Positions 13,116-23,023 of a DNA stretch of 64,000 nt are shown in pieces. The notes beneath the pieces were generated by a model that did not search any database, had not been told where the DNA came from, and saw only the letters and a program-made list of their open reading frames with translations. Location of the stretch: contig CAVWPX010000007.1 in the NCBI GenBank assembly GCA_963757055.1, positions 137,070 through 201,069 of the forward strand, in the 5' to 3' direction. The DNA comes from an uncultured Chloroflexia bacterium (GTDB taxonomy: Bacteria > Chloroflexota > Limnocylindria > Limnocylindrales > CSP1-4). The position numbers and the translations under genes are program-made. The stretch's first letter is position 1. Each line of letters opens with the position of its first letter.

Positions 13116-14715
13116 ATGGCCGCGCGGCGACCGTCGAGTATCCTGCGCGACGTGATGCCACCTCGCCGCGCCGCCCGAGGCCGCCCCACGTCCCGATGGC
13201 TGGTCGCCGTCGTGCTCCTCGGGATCCTCCTCTCGGCGTGTTCGCCGTCCGAGCCGAGCCCGAAGACCACGATCGTCCCGAGCCCCGGCGCCAGCGGCTC
13301 CATCAGCCCGGACGCCAGCGGCGGCGTGGCGCCGAGCCCCTCGCCGGTCGCCAAGGCGAAGTGGACCGACTGCGGCAGCGGCTTCCAGTGCGCCACCATC
13401 CGCGTCCCGAAGGACTACGCCGACCCCGCCAAGGGCACGCTCCAGCTCGCGCTCCTGCGGCTGCCGGCGACCGACCGCGCGCAGCGCATCGGCTCGCTGC
13501 TCATCAACCCCGGCGGGCCGGGCGGCTCGGGCGTCGACTTCGTCCGCGACGGCGCCAGCCAGTTCCCGAGCGCGATCCGGGCGCGGTTCGACCTCGTCGG
13601 CTTCGATCCGCGCGGCGTCAATACCAGCAGCCCGGTCCGCTGCGTCGACAACCTCGACCCCCAGGCCGACCTCGACCCGTCGCCCGACAGCGCGGCGGAG
13701 CTTGCCGCGCTGGTCGACCAGCAGCACCAGTTCGCCGACGCCTGCGCCCGGCGCAACGCCGACGTCCTGCCCTATCTCTCGACGGCCGCCGTGGTGGACG
13801 ACCTCGACACCATCCGGGCCGCCGTCGGCGACGAGAAGCTCAGCTACCTGGGGTTCTCGTACGGGACCCTCATCGGCTCGATGTACGCGGACAAGTACCC
13901 GGAGAAGATCCGGGCGATGGTCCTCGACGGCGCGCTCGACCCGTCCCTCGAGCGAGACCCAGCTGCGGACGGGGCAGGCGAAGGCCTTCGAGGGCGCGCT
14001 GCGCCGGATGCTCGCCAAGTGCTCCAAGTCCACGTCCTGCCCGTTCTTCGAAGGCGGCCGGTCGCTCAAGGCCTACGACGCGCTGATGGCCAAGATCGAG
14101 AAGAAGCCGCTGCCGATCCTGCGCTTCGCCGGTCGCCGCAAGGTGGGACCGGGGCTGACCTTCTCCGCGGTCCTGGGCTCGCTCTACAACCCGGCGAGCT
14201 ATCGCTCGCTCGAGCTCGCGCTGGCCCGTGCGAAGGCCGGGGACGGCCGGCTGCTGGTCCTCCTCTCGGACCCGTTCCGCGGTCGCAAGCCGAACGGCGC
14301 CTACTCGAACCAGTACGACGCCTACTACTCGAACACGTGCCTGGACTTCCCGGTCTCGACCGACGTCGCCGACTACAAGGCGCTCGCCGAGACCTTCCGG
14401 AAGGTCGCGCCGCATTTCCGCGCCGCGGCCTACAACGACCTGGCCTGCGCGTACTGGTCGGTGCCGGCGCAGCGGACCCCGGCGCCGGCATCGGGGGCCG
14501 GCGCCCCGCCGATCGTGGTCATCGGCTCGACCGGCGATCCCGCCACGCCGTACCAGTGGGCGAAGAACCTCGCCGGCCAGCTCGAGTCGGGCACGCTGAT
14601 CACCCGCCAGGGCGAGGGCCACACGGGCTACTTCTTCAGCACCTGCGTCCAGAAGGCGACCGACGCCTACCTGCTCGAGGGCAAGGTCCCCAAGAAGGAC
14701 CTCGTCTGCAAGTAG
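13116..14715 (+). CDS. secreted alpha/beta-hydrolase, S33 tripeptidyl-aminopeptidase-like lipoprotein, one frameshift near 13960
   Basis: lipoprotein signal (LLGILLSAC), GFSYGT nucleophile elbow, C-terminal half in frame of ORF 13702..14715. Confidence 0.65.
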
Positions 14716-14765
14716 CGCGCGCTCGAGCGGCGGCGTCCCGCGGGACCGCGACGGCCGCCGGCCCG

Positions 14766-15150
14766 TCAGCCGCGATCCGGACCGACGACCACGAGCAGGA
14801 ACGACGTCTCGACGACGTCGATCCCCGCGATGACGAGGGCGACCAGCAGCGGGAGCGGGTGACCGAGCCCCCAGCCGGCCGCGGCCGCGAACGCGGCGAC
14901 GGCCAGGAACGCCAGCCGCACGCCGCGGATCAGCGCCGGCACGTCCGAGGTCCCCTCGGACATCCGCGCGAGGCTGCGCGACAGCAGCACGCACGCCGAT
15001 CGCCACCGATCCACCCACCAGGGCGGCGCGGACGATGGCCGGCGGCGTCACGACCGCGTCGAGCAGCCCGGCCGTGGAGCCGAGGACCGTCGCCGCGACG
15101 ACCGCGAGCGCGCCGAGCCCCAGGGCGCCGAGCGAGACCGCCCGGGCGCT
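14766..15150 (-). CDS. small hydrophobic membrane protein, possible frameshift near 15015
   Basis: ORF 14766..15014 plus upstream hydrophobic segment in another frame; no family assignment. Confidence 0.3.
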
Positions 15151-15602
15151 CACGTCAGGGCCACCTCGGCGATCTCGCCGTCGAGGATCCGCCAGGCGCG
15201 GACCCCGGGCTCGCCGGTCGCGGCATCGGCCTGGTCCTCGGCCAGCGAGACCAGCAGGTACAGCGCGTCGGGGTAGAAGGCGAGCCCGATGTCGGTCGGC
15301 GACGGGACCGCCGGCGTGTGGGTGTGCGAATGGACGATCCCCCAGAACACCTCGTCCGCGTCGTCGGTCGCGATGGTCAGGCGGTACAGGTCGTCCGGGT
15401 CGATCTCGTAGCGGTACGGCGACGCCGCCTTGTTGCGCGTCGCCTCGAAGCGGAGCGCCCGGCCGCCGGCCGCCGCCGGGGCGTCGCCGACGATCAGCCC
15501 GCACGCCTCGTTCGGATACTCCGACCTGGCGTGCGCGACGAGCGCCGCGCGGATCTCGCGCGGGAGCACGGCCGACGCCGGGCCCGGATGGGCGCTCACC
15601 AC
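15150..15602 (-). CDS. mec: JAB/MPN-domain metalloprotease, Mec+ (CysO-cysteine peptidase)-like
   Basis: JAMM motif HSHTHTPAVPSPTD plus conserved Glu/Cys; position directly upstream of cysM-cysO as in Mycobacterium Rv1334-1336. Confidence 0.8.
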   Translation of the reverse strand: MVSAHPGPASAVLPREIRAALVAHARSEYPNEACGLIVGDAPAAAGGRALRFEATRNKAASPYRYEIDPDDLYRLTIATDDADEVFWGIVHSHTHTPAVPSPTDIGLAFYPDALYLLVSLAEDQADAATGEPGVRAWRILDGEIAEVALT

Positions 15603-16633
15603 CAGTTGACGCCACCCTCGAGCGCGTCGCCCATCTCGTCGAGCGCCATCGAGAACGTGCCCGCGGAGAGGTACTTCCAGCCGCCGTCGGGGAGCAGCGC
15701 GACGATCGTGCCGTGGTCCATCTCGCTCGCGACGCGCGCGGCGGCGACCATCACCGCGCCGCAGGACGGCCCGGCGAAGATCCCCTCGCGGAAGACCAGC
15801 TCGCGCAGCGCGGCGATCGAGTCCTCGTTCGAGACCAGGTACTTCGCGTCGATCAGGCCCGGCTCGAAGATCTCCGGGATGAAGCCCTCGTCGAGCGAGC
15901 GCAGGCCCTGGACCTTCTCGCCGGGGAGCGGCTCGACCGCGACGACGCGGACGCCCGGCTTCTGCTCGCGGAGGTAGCGCGAGACGCCCATCAGCGTCCC
16001 GGACGTGCCGAGGCCGGCGACGAACACGTCGATCTCGGGGCAGTCCGCGAGGATCTCGGGACCGGTGGTCTCGTAGTGGGCCAGCGTGTTGGCCGGGTTC
16101 CCGTACTGGTACGGCATCACGAACCGCTCGTCCTTGGACACGAGGTGCTTGGCCAGCGCGATCGACCCGTTCGAGCCCAGCGCCCCCGGCGAGTCGATCA
16201 CCTCCGCGCCGTACAGCGCGGCCATCTGGCGGCGCTCGTTGGTGACGTTGTCGGGCATCACCAGCGCCACGCGGTAGCCCTTGCGCCGGCCGATCATCGC
16301 GAGCGCGATCCCGGTGTTGCCCGACGTGGGCTCGAGGATGATCGAGTCGGGGCCGAGCAGCCCGCGCGTCTCGAGGTCCTCGATGAGGTACTTGGCGACG
16401 CGGTCCTTGACCGACCCGGTGGGGTTCAGCATCTCCAGCTTCGCGAAGATGTGGACGTCCGGGTTCGGGCTCATCCGGGGGATCTCGACGAGCGGCGTGT
16501 GCCCGATCGCCTCGAGGATGTCGCCGTAGCGGCCGCCGTGCGGGACCATCGCCTCATGCGCGTGGGCGTGCGCGTGCCCGGACTCGTGCGGGTGCTCGTG
16601 TTCGGCTTCGGGGAGCCGCCAGGGGACGGCCAT
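15596..16633 (-). CDS. cysM: cysteine synthase B-type (CysO-thiocarboxylate dependent, O-phosphoserine sulfhydrylase-like)
   Basis: PLP enzyme motifs NPTGSVKDR, GNTG; His-rich N-terminal extension before likely core start MVPHGG. Confidence 0.85.
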   Translation of the reverse strand: MAVPWRLPEAEHEHPHESGHAHAHAHEAMVPHGGRYGDILEAIGHTPLVEIPRMSPNPDVHIFAKLEMLNPTGSVKDRVAKYLIEDLETRGLLGPDSIILEPTSGNTGIALAMIGRRKGYRVALVMPDNVTNERRQMAALYGAEVIDSPGALGSNGSIALAKHLVSKDERFVMPYQYGNPANTLAHYETTGPEILADCPEIDVFVAGLGTSGTLMGVSRYLREQKPGVRVVAVEPLPGEKVQGLRSLDEGFIPEIFEPGLIDAKYLVSNEDSIAALRELVFREGIFAGPSCGAVMVAAARVASEMDHGTIVALLPDGGWKYLSAGTFSMALDEMGDALEGGVNWW

Positions 16634-16636
16634 CGG

Positions 16637-16909
16637 TCAGCCGCCGGCCATCGCCGGCAGGAGCCTGACCTCGTCCGCCGCCGTGACGGGCGTGTCGAGC
16701 CCCTCGAGGTAGCGGACGTCCTGGCCGTTCACGTAGACGTTGACGAACCGGTTCAGCTCGCCGTCGTCGGTCAGCAGCTGGCCGCCCAGCGACGGGTGCC
16801 GCTGGACGAGCGCGTCGACGACCGCCCGGATCGAGCCGCCGTCGAGCTCCAGCGACTTGGCGCCGCCGACGTTCGGCCGCAGCACCGCCGGGATGAAGAC
16901 CGTGCTCAT
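16637..16909 (-). CDS. cysO: sulfur carrier protein CysO (ThiS/MoaD fold) ending in GG
   Basis: 90 aa, C-terminal ...LLPAMAGG diglycine; overlaps moeZ-like stop by 4 nt. Confidence 0.8.
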   Translation of the reverse strand: MSTVFIPAVLRPNVGGAKSLELDGGSIRAVVDALVQRHPSLGGQLLTDDGELNRFVNVYVNGQDVRYLEGLDTPVTAADEVRLLPAMAGG

Positions 16910-18132
16910 GCGCGCGCCTCGGGCGAGATCGTCCCGGCCGCGCCGGTCATGGTCATCGCGAACGGGATGTCGTCGCCGACGGCGTCCACGGTGATCGGAT
17001 GGCCGGCCTTGCGCGCGGCGACGGCCTTGTCCGAGCAGACCGGGCATTCCGGGTCGCGGCGGAGCTTCAGCTCGGTGAACTCGGTCTCGAGGGCATCGAA
17101 CAGCAGCAGCCGGCCGGCGAGCGTGGTGCCGATCCCGAGGAGGACCTTGAGCGCCTCGTTCGCCTGGAGCAGGCCGAGGATGCCCGGCACGACGCCGAGG
17201 ACGCCGGCCACGGAGCAGCCGGGAGCGAGCTCGGGCGGCGGCGGGGTCGGGTAGAGGCAGCGATAGCACGGGCCTTCGAACGGGACGAAGGTCGTGAGCT
17301 GGCCCTCGAAGCGGAAGACCGAGGCGTGGATCACCGGGATCCCGGCCGCGACCGCCGCGTCGTTGAGGATGTAGCGCGTCTCGAACGTGTCGGTCCCGTC
17401 GAGGATCACGTCGTAGCCCGAGATGATCCGCTCGACGTTCGCGCCGACCAGCATCTCCTCGTGGGCGACCACCTTGATCTCGGGGTTGAGCGCGTTGATG
17501 GCGATCCGCGCGGACTCGACCTTGCGCTCGCCGACACGGTCCGTCGTGTGGATGATCTGGCGCTGCAGGTTGCTGACGTCGACGACGTCGAAGTCGACCA
17601 GGCCGATGGTCCCGACGCCCGCGGCCGCGAGGTAGAGCGCGCCCGGCGACCCGAGCCCGCCCGCGCCGATGAACAGCGCCTTCGAGCCGAGGAGCTTCGC
17701 CTGGCCGGCCGAGCCGACCTCGGGGATCAGCAGGTGACGGCTGTAGCGCTGCTTCTGCTCGGCGCTGAGGACGACGGGCGTGTCGAACTCGAGGCCCGCG
17801 CCCTTCCAGGCCTGGAAGCCGCCCGACATCGACTTGACGTTGGTGTAGCCCATCTCGGCGAGGGTCTGGGCCGCGAACAGCGAGCGCACGCCGCCGGCGC
17901 AGTACAGGACGACCGGGGCGTCGCGGTCCGGGACCGCGCCCTCGATCTGCTGCTCGATGTAGCTCTTGGAGATGTGGACGGCGCCGGGCACGTGGCCCTG
18001 CTCCCACTCGGAGGCTTCGCGGACGTCGATGATCGCCGCGCCGCCGGGCGGCAGCGCGTCCACCTCGGCGGTGGTCACTTCATCGATCTGGGCACGGGCC
18101 TCGCGGAGGAGGTCGGCGTAGGACTTCGGCAT
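16906..18132 (-). CDS. MoeZ/MoeB-like E1 adenylyltransferase with N-terminal rhodanese domain
   Basis: rhodanese active site LYCAGGVRS in first ~115 aa, then ThiF/MoeB fold (FIGAGGLGSPGALYLAAAGVGTIGLVDFDVVDVSNLQRQ) and CxxC...CxxC zinc motif. Confidence 0.8.
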   Translation of the reverse strand: MPKSYADLLREARAQIDEVTTAEVDALPPGGAAIIDVREASEWEQGHVPGAVHISKSYIEQQIEGAVPDRDAPVVLYCAGGVRSLFAAQTLAEMGYTNVKSMSGGFQAWKGAGLEFDTPVVLSAEQKQRYSRHLLIPEVGSAGQAKLLGSKALFIGAGGLGSPGALYLAAAGVGTIGLVDFDVVDVSNLQRQIIHTTDRVGERKVESARIAINALNPEIKVVAHEEMLVGANVERIISGYDVILDGTDTFETRYILNDAAVAAGIPVIHASVFRFEGQLTTFVPFEGPCYRCLYPTPPPPELAPGCSVAGVLGVVPGILGLLQANEALKVLLGIGTTLAGRLLLFDALETEFTELKLRRDPECPVCSDKAVAARKAGHPITVDAVGDDIPFAMTMTGAAGTISPEARA

Positions 18133-18307
18133 GGGGCTGGTTGGCTCCGATGGGACGACGGGCTGGCGGCTGGCGCCAGGGCGGAAAACGAGGGGAGGAC
18201 GGCCCCCAGGCCGTCCTCACGATGAGTGGTTCGGGGGCGGGGGCGGTTCGGATGACTCGCCGGCGATCAGGCCGGCTGGCGACACCTGCAGCGGCGCTCG
18301 ATCCCGG

Positions 18308-18724
18308 TCATGCGCCGGCCTCGGCCGCGCTGGGGGTGAGATTGGTCGGATCGGCGGCGCCGAGGTCCGCGAGGACGTGCTGGAGGCTGTCGTGGCTGAG
18401 CATCGCGCACTTCAGCCGCGCCGGGCTGATCTCGATGCCGAGCAGGTCGAGGAGGTCGTCCGCGCGGAACCCGGTGACCTCGGCGAGCGGCTTGCCCTTG
18501 ATCTCGTCGGTCAGGAGCGAGGCGCTGGCCTGGCTGATCGCGCAGCCGCGGCCGGTGAAGCCGACGCGGTCCACGACCCCGTCCTTGACGCCGAGCATCA
18601 GCGTGATCCGGTCGCCGCAGAGCGGGTTGGCGCCCTCGTACGACGCGTCGGCGTCCTCGACGACCCCGAAGTTGTGGGGTCGCCGGTAGTGCTCGAGGAT
18701 GTAGTCGCGGTAGAGGTCGTCCAT
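18308..18724 (-). CDS. sufU: SUF system Fe-S cluster scaffold/sulfur acceptor SufU (NifU-like)
   Basis: 138 aa; conserved Cys motifs PLCGD, GRGCAIS, C-terminal KCA. Confidence 0.85.
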   Translation of the reverse strand: MDDLYRDYILEHYRRPHNFGVVEDADASYEGANPLCGDRITLMLGVKDGVVDRVGFTGRGCAISQASASLLTDEIKGKPLAEVTGFRADDLLDLLGIEISPARLKCAMLSHDSLQHVLADLGAADPTNLTPSAAEAGA

Positions 18725-18750
18725 GTCTGCTTCGAAGTCTAGCGCGTCTG

Positions 18751-18781
18751 TCTAATCCCGACCAGCAAGGTCGGGATTAGA
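18751..18781. promoter_or_regulatory. perfect 13-bp inverted repeat with 5-bp spacer (TCTAATCCCGACC-AGCAA-GGTCGGGATTAGA) 27 bp upstream of sufU start
   Basis: read directly from sequence; half-site GTCGGGATTAG recurs at 23570..23580 upstream of rrf2. Confidence 0.5.
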
Positions 18782-18870
18782 TCCCGCAGATCCGCTGCGA
18801 TACGGAGGCGCGCCCAGGTGGTGCGCGTCAGTACTGTTGCGACCCATCGACGGTACGAAACGCTCCGGGC

Positions 18871-20190
18871 ATGGCGGTCGCGAGGCCCTATCGTCCATCA
18901 CCCGTGGTGATGAGTCGCGCGCGCCCGACTTCCATCTCGCTCTCTGGCAGGCGTCGAAGCGAGGTCCGATCCGGCGGCTGCCCACGCCCGAGCGCCTCGA
19001 CGGGCGACATCGAGGCATGGCTGGCGGCCGAGTACGCGACGACGGTCCGTTCGATCAGCGTCAGGTCAGGACCGACCGGTGACGAGCGCCTGCTGGTCGA
19101 CCTCCATCCGGCGGCGCGAGCCGGTCGCGATCGTCGTGCAGCGAGTACGGGCCAGGTCGACGTCACGGTGGAGACTGTCTTCGCAGGCCCCGGATATCAC
19201 CGCTTCGTCGGGCGCGTGCTCGAGCGTCTCGGGCAGGAGCTCTCGATCGAGTGGCCCGCACCGTCCGACGATCCGTCGGCGGCCGCCAGCTTCAGCGATC
19301 GCGCGACGACCGAGCACGACTACCTGGGCTGGCTCGGATCGACGCTCGCCGACGTCCGGGCCGCACGGCGGCCGACGCGGGACCGCAGCATCTCGGCACC
19401 CCGTCGGGCGCGACGTACTCGTTCGGCGGGGCGCTCGCCACCGTCCTTGGACCTCGCGACGACGCATGGCTCGATGCCGCGATCGCCGATCCGCGTCGTG
19501 CGATCGACATCGTGCCCTGGTGGGCTGACGCGACCGACGGGCGAACGCTCATGAACCAGGCGATCGTCCTGATGTGGCTCGAGATCCGCTGGCGCCGCCC
19601 GGCCGTCGATGGTGAAGCGGAGTCTTCGACGAGGTCCATCGACTCCTTTCACGCGCATACCGGATCGACCCCGGCCTCCCCTACCCGTGGACCGCGTGGG
19701 CCGAGCTGGTCACCCTTCGTGGCATCGATGACCCGATGGCCCGCCAGGCGATCGCACGAGCGGAGCGCGACGGGGAGCCGTCCGGGGCGCCGATCGGCTA
19801 TCGGCGCCTCCCCGTCCGCATCAGCCACGAGGGTTGGGTCCTGGACGACGTTCCCGGCTCGTTCGCGGAGCGCCGGACCGATGAGGAGTGGTGGGGCGGC
19901 GGCGCCGGCCGAGGCATCACGCTCGCCGCGGTCGATACCGGAACGCTGAGCGCGGAAGCGTTCCTGGATCAGGTCGCAAGCGGGCTCGGCCCGGACGTCC
20001 TGGACCATCGGGCCGGGCCGGTCGTCGGTCGCGGACGGCTGACGTCGGACGCGAGTTCCGGGGTGGCCGTCGGGGTCGTCGACGGGCTTCTCGGCCGTGG
20101 CCGGTTCCGGTGCGGTGATCCGCGTCGTCTTCGACGATCCCGCCGACTGGCAGTGGGCGCTCGAGATCTGGCGAGGACTCGCCCCGGGCT
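18871..20190 (+). CDS. hypothetical protein, 2-3 frameshifts (possible pseudogene)
   Basis: non-low-complexity protein segments continue across ORFs 18871..19554, 19251..19949 and 19736..20587; no family recognised; start uncertain. Confidence 0.3.
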
Positions 20191-20198
20191 GAGGTGCC

Positions 20199-20873
20199 GC
20201 ATGCAGGGTCGTCGTGCGATGCTTCTTGCGATGTACGTCCCCGCGCATTTCAAGCCCGACGACGACGAGGTCCGCGAGCTGCTGCGGAACCTCGGCGCGG
20301 CCGACCTGGTCACCTCGACCGCCGACGGGCTGCTCGCCACGATGCTGCCGCTGCTCTGGATCGAGCCGACGACGGGATCGGACGGCTGGGGCGTCGCTGC
20401 ATGGCCACGTCGCGCGCAACAACCGCCAGTGGAAGGTGCCGCCGGTCGGCGAGGCGATGGCGATCGTCCGCGGCCCGAACGCGTACATCTCGCCGGCCTG
20501 GTACGAGACGAAGCGCGAGCACGGTCGCGTGGTCCCGACGTGGAACTACATCACCGCGCATGTCCACGGCCGGCTCGTCATCCATGACGATCGCGGCCTG
20601 GGTCGAGGCCAACGTCCGCGCGCTGAGCGACCGGCACGAGGCGTCGCGCGAGGCGCCCTGGTCGGTCGACGACGCGCCCGTGCCCTACATCGAGGGCCAG
20701 CTCAAGGCGATCGTCGGCGTCGAGCTCGTCATCGACCGCGTCGAGGGCAAGTGGAAGCTCAGCCAGAACCGCTCGGACGCGGACATCGCGGGCACGATCG
20801 AGGGTCTCGAGGCTCGGGCGAACGCGAGGTCTCGGCCGCGATGCGCGACCTGGGACGAGGCGACCCGGGCTAG
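20199..20873 (+). CDS. FMN-binding negative transcriptional regulator PaiB family, 2-3 frameshifts
   Basis: PaiB-like N-terminus MYVPAHF and conserved blocks (PNAYISPAWYETK, VPTWNYITAHVHG, VPYIEGQLKAIVGVEL) split over three frames. Confidence 0.6.
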   Translation, partial: ACRVVVRCFLRCTSPRISSPTTTRSASCCGTSARPTWSPRPPTGCSPRCCRCSGSSRRRDRTAGASLHGHVARNNRQWKVPPVGEAMAIVRGPNAYISPAWYETKREHGRVVPTWNYITAHVHGRLVIHDDRGLGRGQRPRAERPARGVARGALVGRRRARALHRGPAQGDRRRRARHRPRRGQVEAQPEPLGRGHRGHDRGSRGSGEREVSAAMRDLGRGDPG

Positions 20874-22117
20874 CCGTTGAAGACGCGCTGGACTTCCTTG
20901 AGGCCGGCGGCCAGGGCGTCGATGTCGTCGCGGGTCGTGTAGACGCTGAAGCTGGCCCGCGCCGTGGCGGCCAGGTCCAGCCGCTCGTGGAGCGGCATCG
21001 TGCAGTGGTGGCCGGCGCGGACCGCGATCCCGAACCGGTCCAGCACCTGCGCGACGTCGTGCGGGTGGATGCCGGGCAGGTTGAACGGCACGACGCCGCC
21101 GCGGATGTCGGGGTCCATCGGGCCGTAGAGCTCGATCCCCGGCACCTCGCGCGGGAGCACCTCGAGCGCGTACGCGACGAGCTCGCGCTCGTGCTCGCGG
21201 ACGGCGTCCATGCCCAGGTCCATCAGGTACTCGGCCGCGACCCCGAGGCCGATGGCGTCGCCGACGGCCGGCGTCCCCGCCTCGAACTTCCAGGGGATCT
21301 CGTTGAAGTCGCTCCGCCGCAGGTGGACCTCGCGGATCATCTCGCCGCCGGCGAGGAACGGCGGCATCGCCTCGAGCAGCTCGCGCCGCGCCCACAGCGC
21401 GCCCGAGCCCATCGGCCCGAGCATCTTGTGGCCCGAGAACGCGTAGAAGTCGGCGCCGAGCGCCTGGACGTCGACCGGCACGTGCGGCACGGCCTGCGCC
21501 CCGTCGACCAGCACGAGCGCGCCGGCCGCGTGGGCCATCTCGACCATCTCGCGGACCGGGTTGATGGTGCCGAGCGTGTTCGAGACATGGGTGAACGCGA
21601 CGAGCTTCGGCTTCAGCCGGAGCAGCACCTCGAGGACGTCGAGGCGGAGCACGCCGTCGTCGGTGATCGGGATGAACTCGAGGTCGCCGTCCTTCTCCTG
21701 GACGAGGATCTGCCACGGGACGAGGTTCGCGTGGTGCTCCATCTCCGTGAGGACGATCTGGTCGCCGCGGCCGATGTTCCGGCGCCCCCACGAGTACGCG
21801 ACGAGGTTGATCGCCTCGGTGGCGTTGCGGGTGAAGATGACCTCGTGGCTGTCGGGCGCGTTGATGAACCGCGCGACCCGCGCGCGGGCCTTCTCGTACT
21901 CGGCCGTCGCCTTCTCGCCGATCGTGTAGATCCCGCGGTGGACGTTGGCGTTGTACTCGCGGTAGTAGTCGGCGAGCGCGTCGATGACGACCGCCGGCTT
22001 CTGGCTGCTCGACGCGGAGTCGAGGTAGACCAGCCGGTGCCCGTTGATCTCCTGCTGGAGGATCGGGAACGACGCGCGGAGCGCGACCGGGTCGAGGCGG
22101 GCGGAGGCCAGCGTCAT
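20870..22117 (-). CDS. sufS: cysteine desulfurase SufS (class V aminotransferase)
   Basis: 415 aa; PLP lysine motif SGHK, active-site RAGHHC. Confidence 0.9.
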   Translation of the reverse strand: MTLASARLDPVALRASFPILQQEINGHRLVYLDSASSSQKPAVVIDALADYYREYNANVHRGIYTIGEKATAEYEKARARVARFINAPDSHEVIFTRNATEAINLVAYSWGRRNIGRGDQIVLTEMEHHANLVPWQILVQEKDGDLEFIPITDDGVLRLDVLEVLLRLKPKLVAFTHVSNTLGTINPVREMVEMAHAAGALVLVDGAQAVPHVPVDVQALGADFYAFSGHKMLGPMGSGALWARRELLEAMPPFLAGGEMIREVHLRRSDFNEIPWKFEAGTPAVGDAIGLGVAAEYLMDLGMDAVREHERELVAYALEVLPREVPGIELYGPMDPDIRGGVVPFNLPGIHPHDVAQVLDRFGIAVRAGHHCTMPLHERLDLAATARASFSVYTTRDDIDALAAGLKEVQRVFNG

Positions 22118-22129
22118 CGGACGGGCGGC

Positions 22130-23023
22130 CTAGCCGCCGACCTCGACGGCTTCGAGCTCCGGGCCCTTGGGGACCAGCAGCGCCTCGTCGGGCACGTCGG
22201 GCGACAGCCCGGCCTCGCGCAGGATCGGGCCGTAGCCCTCGTCCTCGAGGCGGAGCGCCAGGTCCTTGCCGCCGGACTTGACGATGCGGCCCTGCGCCAG
22301 GACGTGGACCACGTCGGGCTTGATGTAGTTGAGCAGCCGCTGGTAGTGGGTGATCAGCAGCACGCCGAGCTCGGGGTTGAGCATCGCGTTGACGCCCTCG
22401 GCGACGATCCGCAGGGCGTCGATGTCGAGCCCCGAGTCGGTCTCGTCGAGGATCGCCATCTCGGGCTCGAGGACGGCCATCTGGAGCATCTCGAGGCGCT
22501 TCTTCTCGCCGCCCGAGAACCCGTCGTTGACGTACCGCGACGCGAACCCCTCGTCCATCTTCAGCAGCGCCATCTTCTCGCGCATGGTGTTGCGGAAGTC
22601 GCGCATCGAGACGCCGCCCTTGATCGAGTCGGTCGGGTCGATGTCGGGGTTCTTGTCGACGCCCTGGAGCTTGGCGTTCAGCGCGGAGCGGATGAAGCTC
22701 GCGACGCTCAGGCCGGGGATCGCCGTGGGGTACTGGAAGGCGAGGAACAGCCCGAGGCGCGCCCGCTTGTCGGCCGACAGCGCGAGGATGTCGCGGCCCT
22801 TCCAGGTGACCGTGCCGCCCTTGATGACGTAGGCGGGGTGGCCCATCAGGGCGTAGGCGAGCGTCGTCTTGCCGCTGCCGTTGGGACCCATGATCGCGTG
22901 GACCTCGCCCTTGCCGACGGTCAGGTCGATCCCCTGGAGGATCTCGTGGTCGGGCGAGGCGGAGGGCGCGACGCGGAGGCCGCGGATGACGAGGTGCTGG
23001 TCGGTGGTGGGCTGGTCGGTCAC
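22130..23023 (-). CDS. sufC: Fe-S cluster assembly ATPase SufC
   Basis: Walker A GPNGSGKTT, signature FSGGEKKR, H-loop; GTG start overlaps rrf2 stop by 4 nt. Confidence 0.85.
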   Translation of the reverse strand: MTDQPTTDQHLVIRGLRVAPSASPDHEILQGIDLTVGKGEVHAIMGPNGSGKTTLAYALMGHPAYVIKGGTVTWKGRDILALSADKRARLGLFLAFQYPTAIPGLSVASFIRSALNAKLQGVDKNPDIDPTDSIKGGVSMRDFRNTMREKMALLKMDEGFASRYVNDGFSGGEKKRLEMLQMAVLEPEMAILDETDSGLDIDALRIVAEGVNAMLNPELGVLLITHYQRLLNYIKPDVVHVLAQGRIVKSGGKDLALRLEDEGYGPILREAGLSPDVPDEALLVPKGPELEAVEVGG

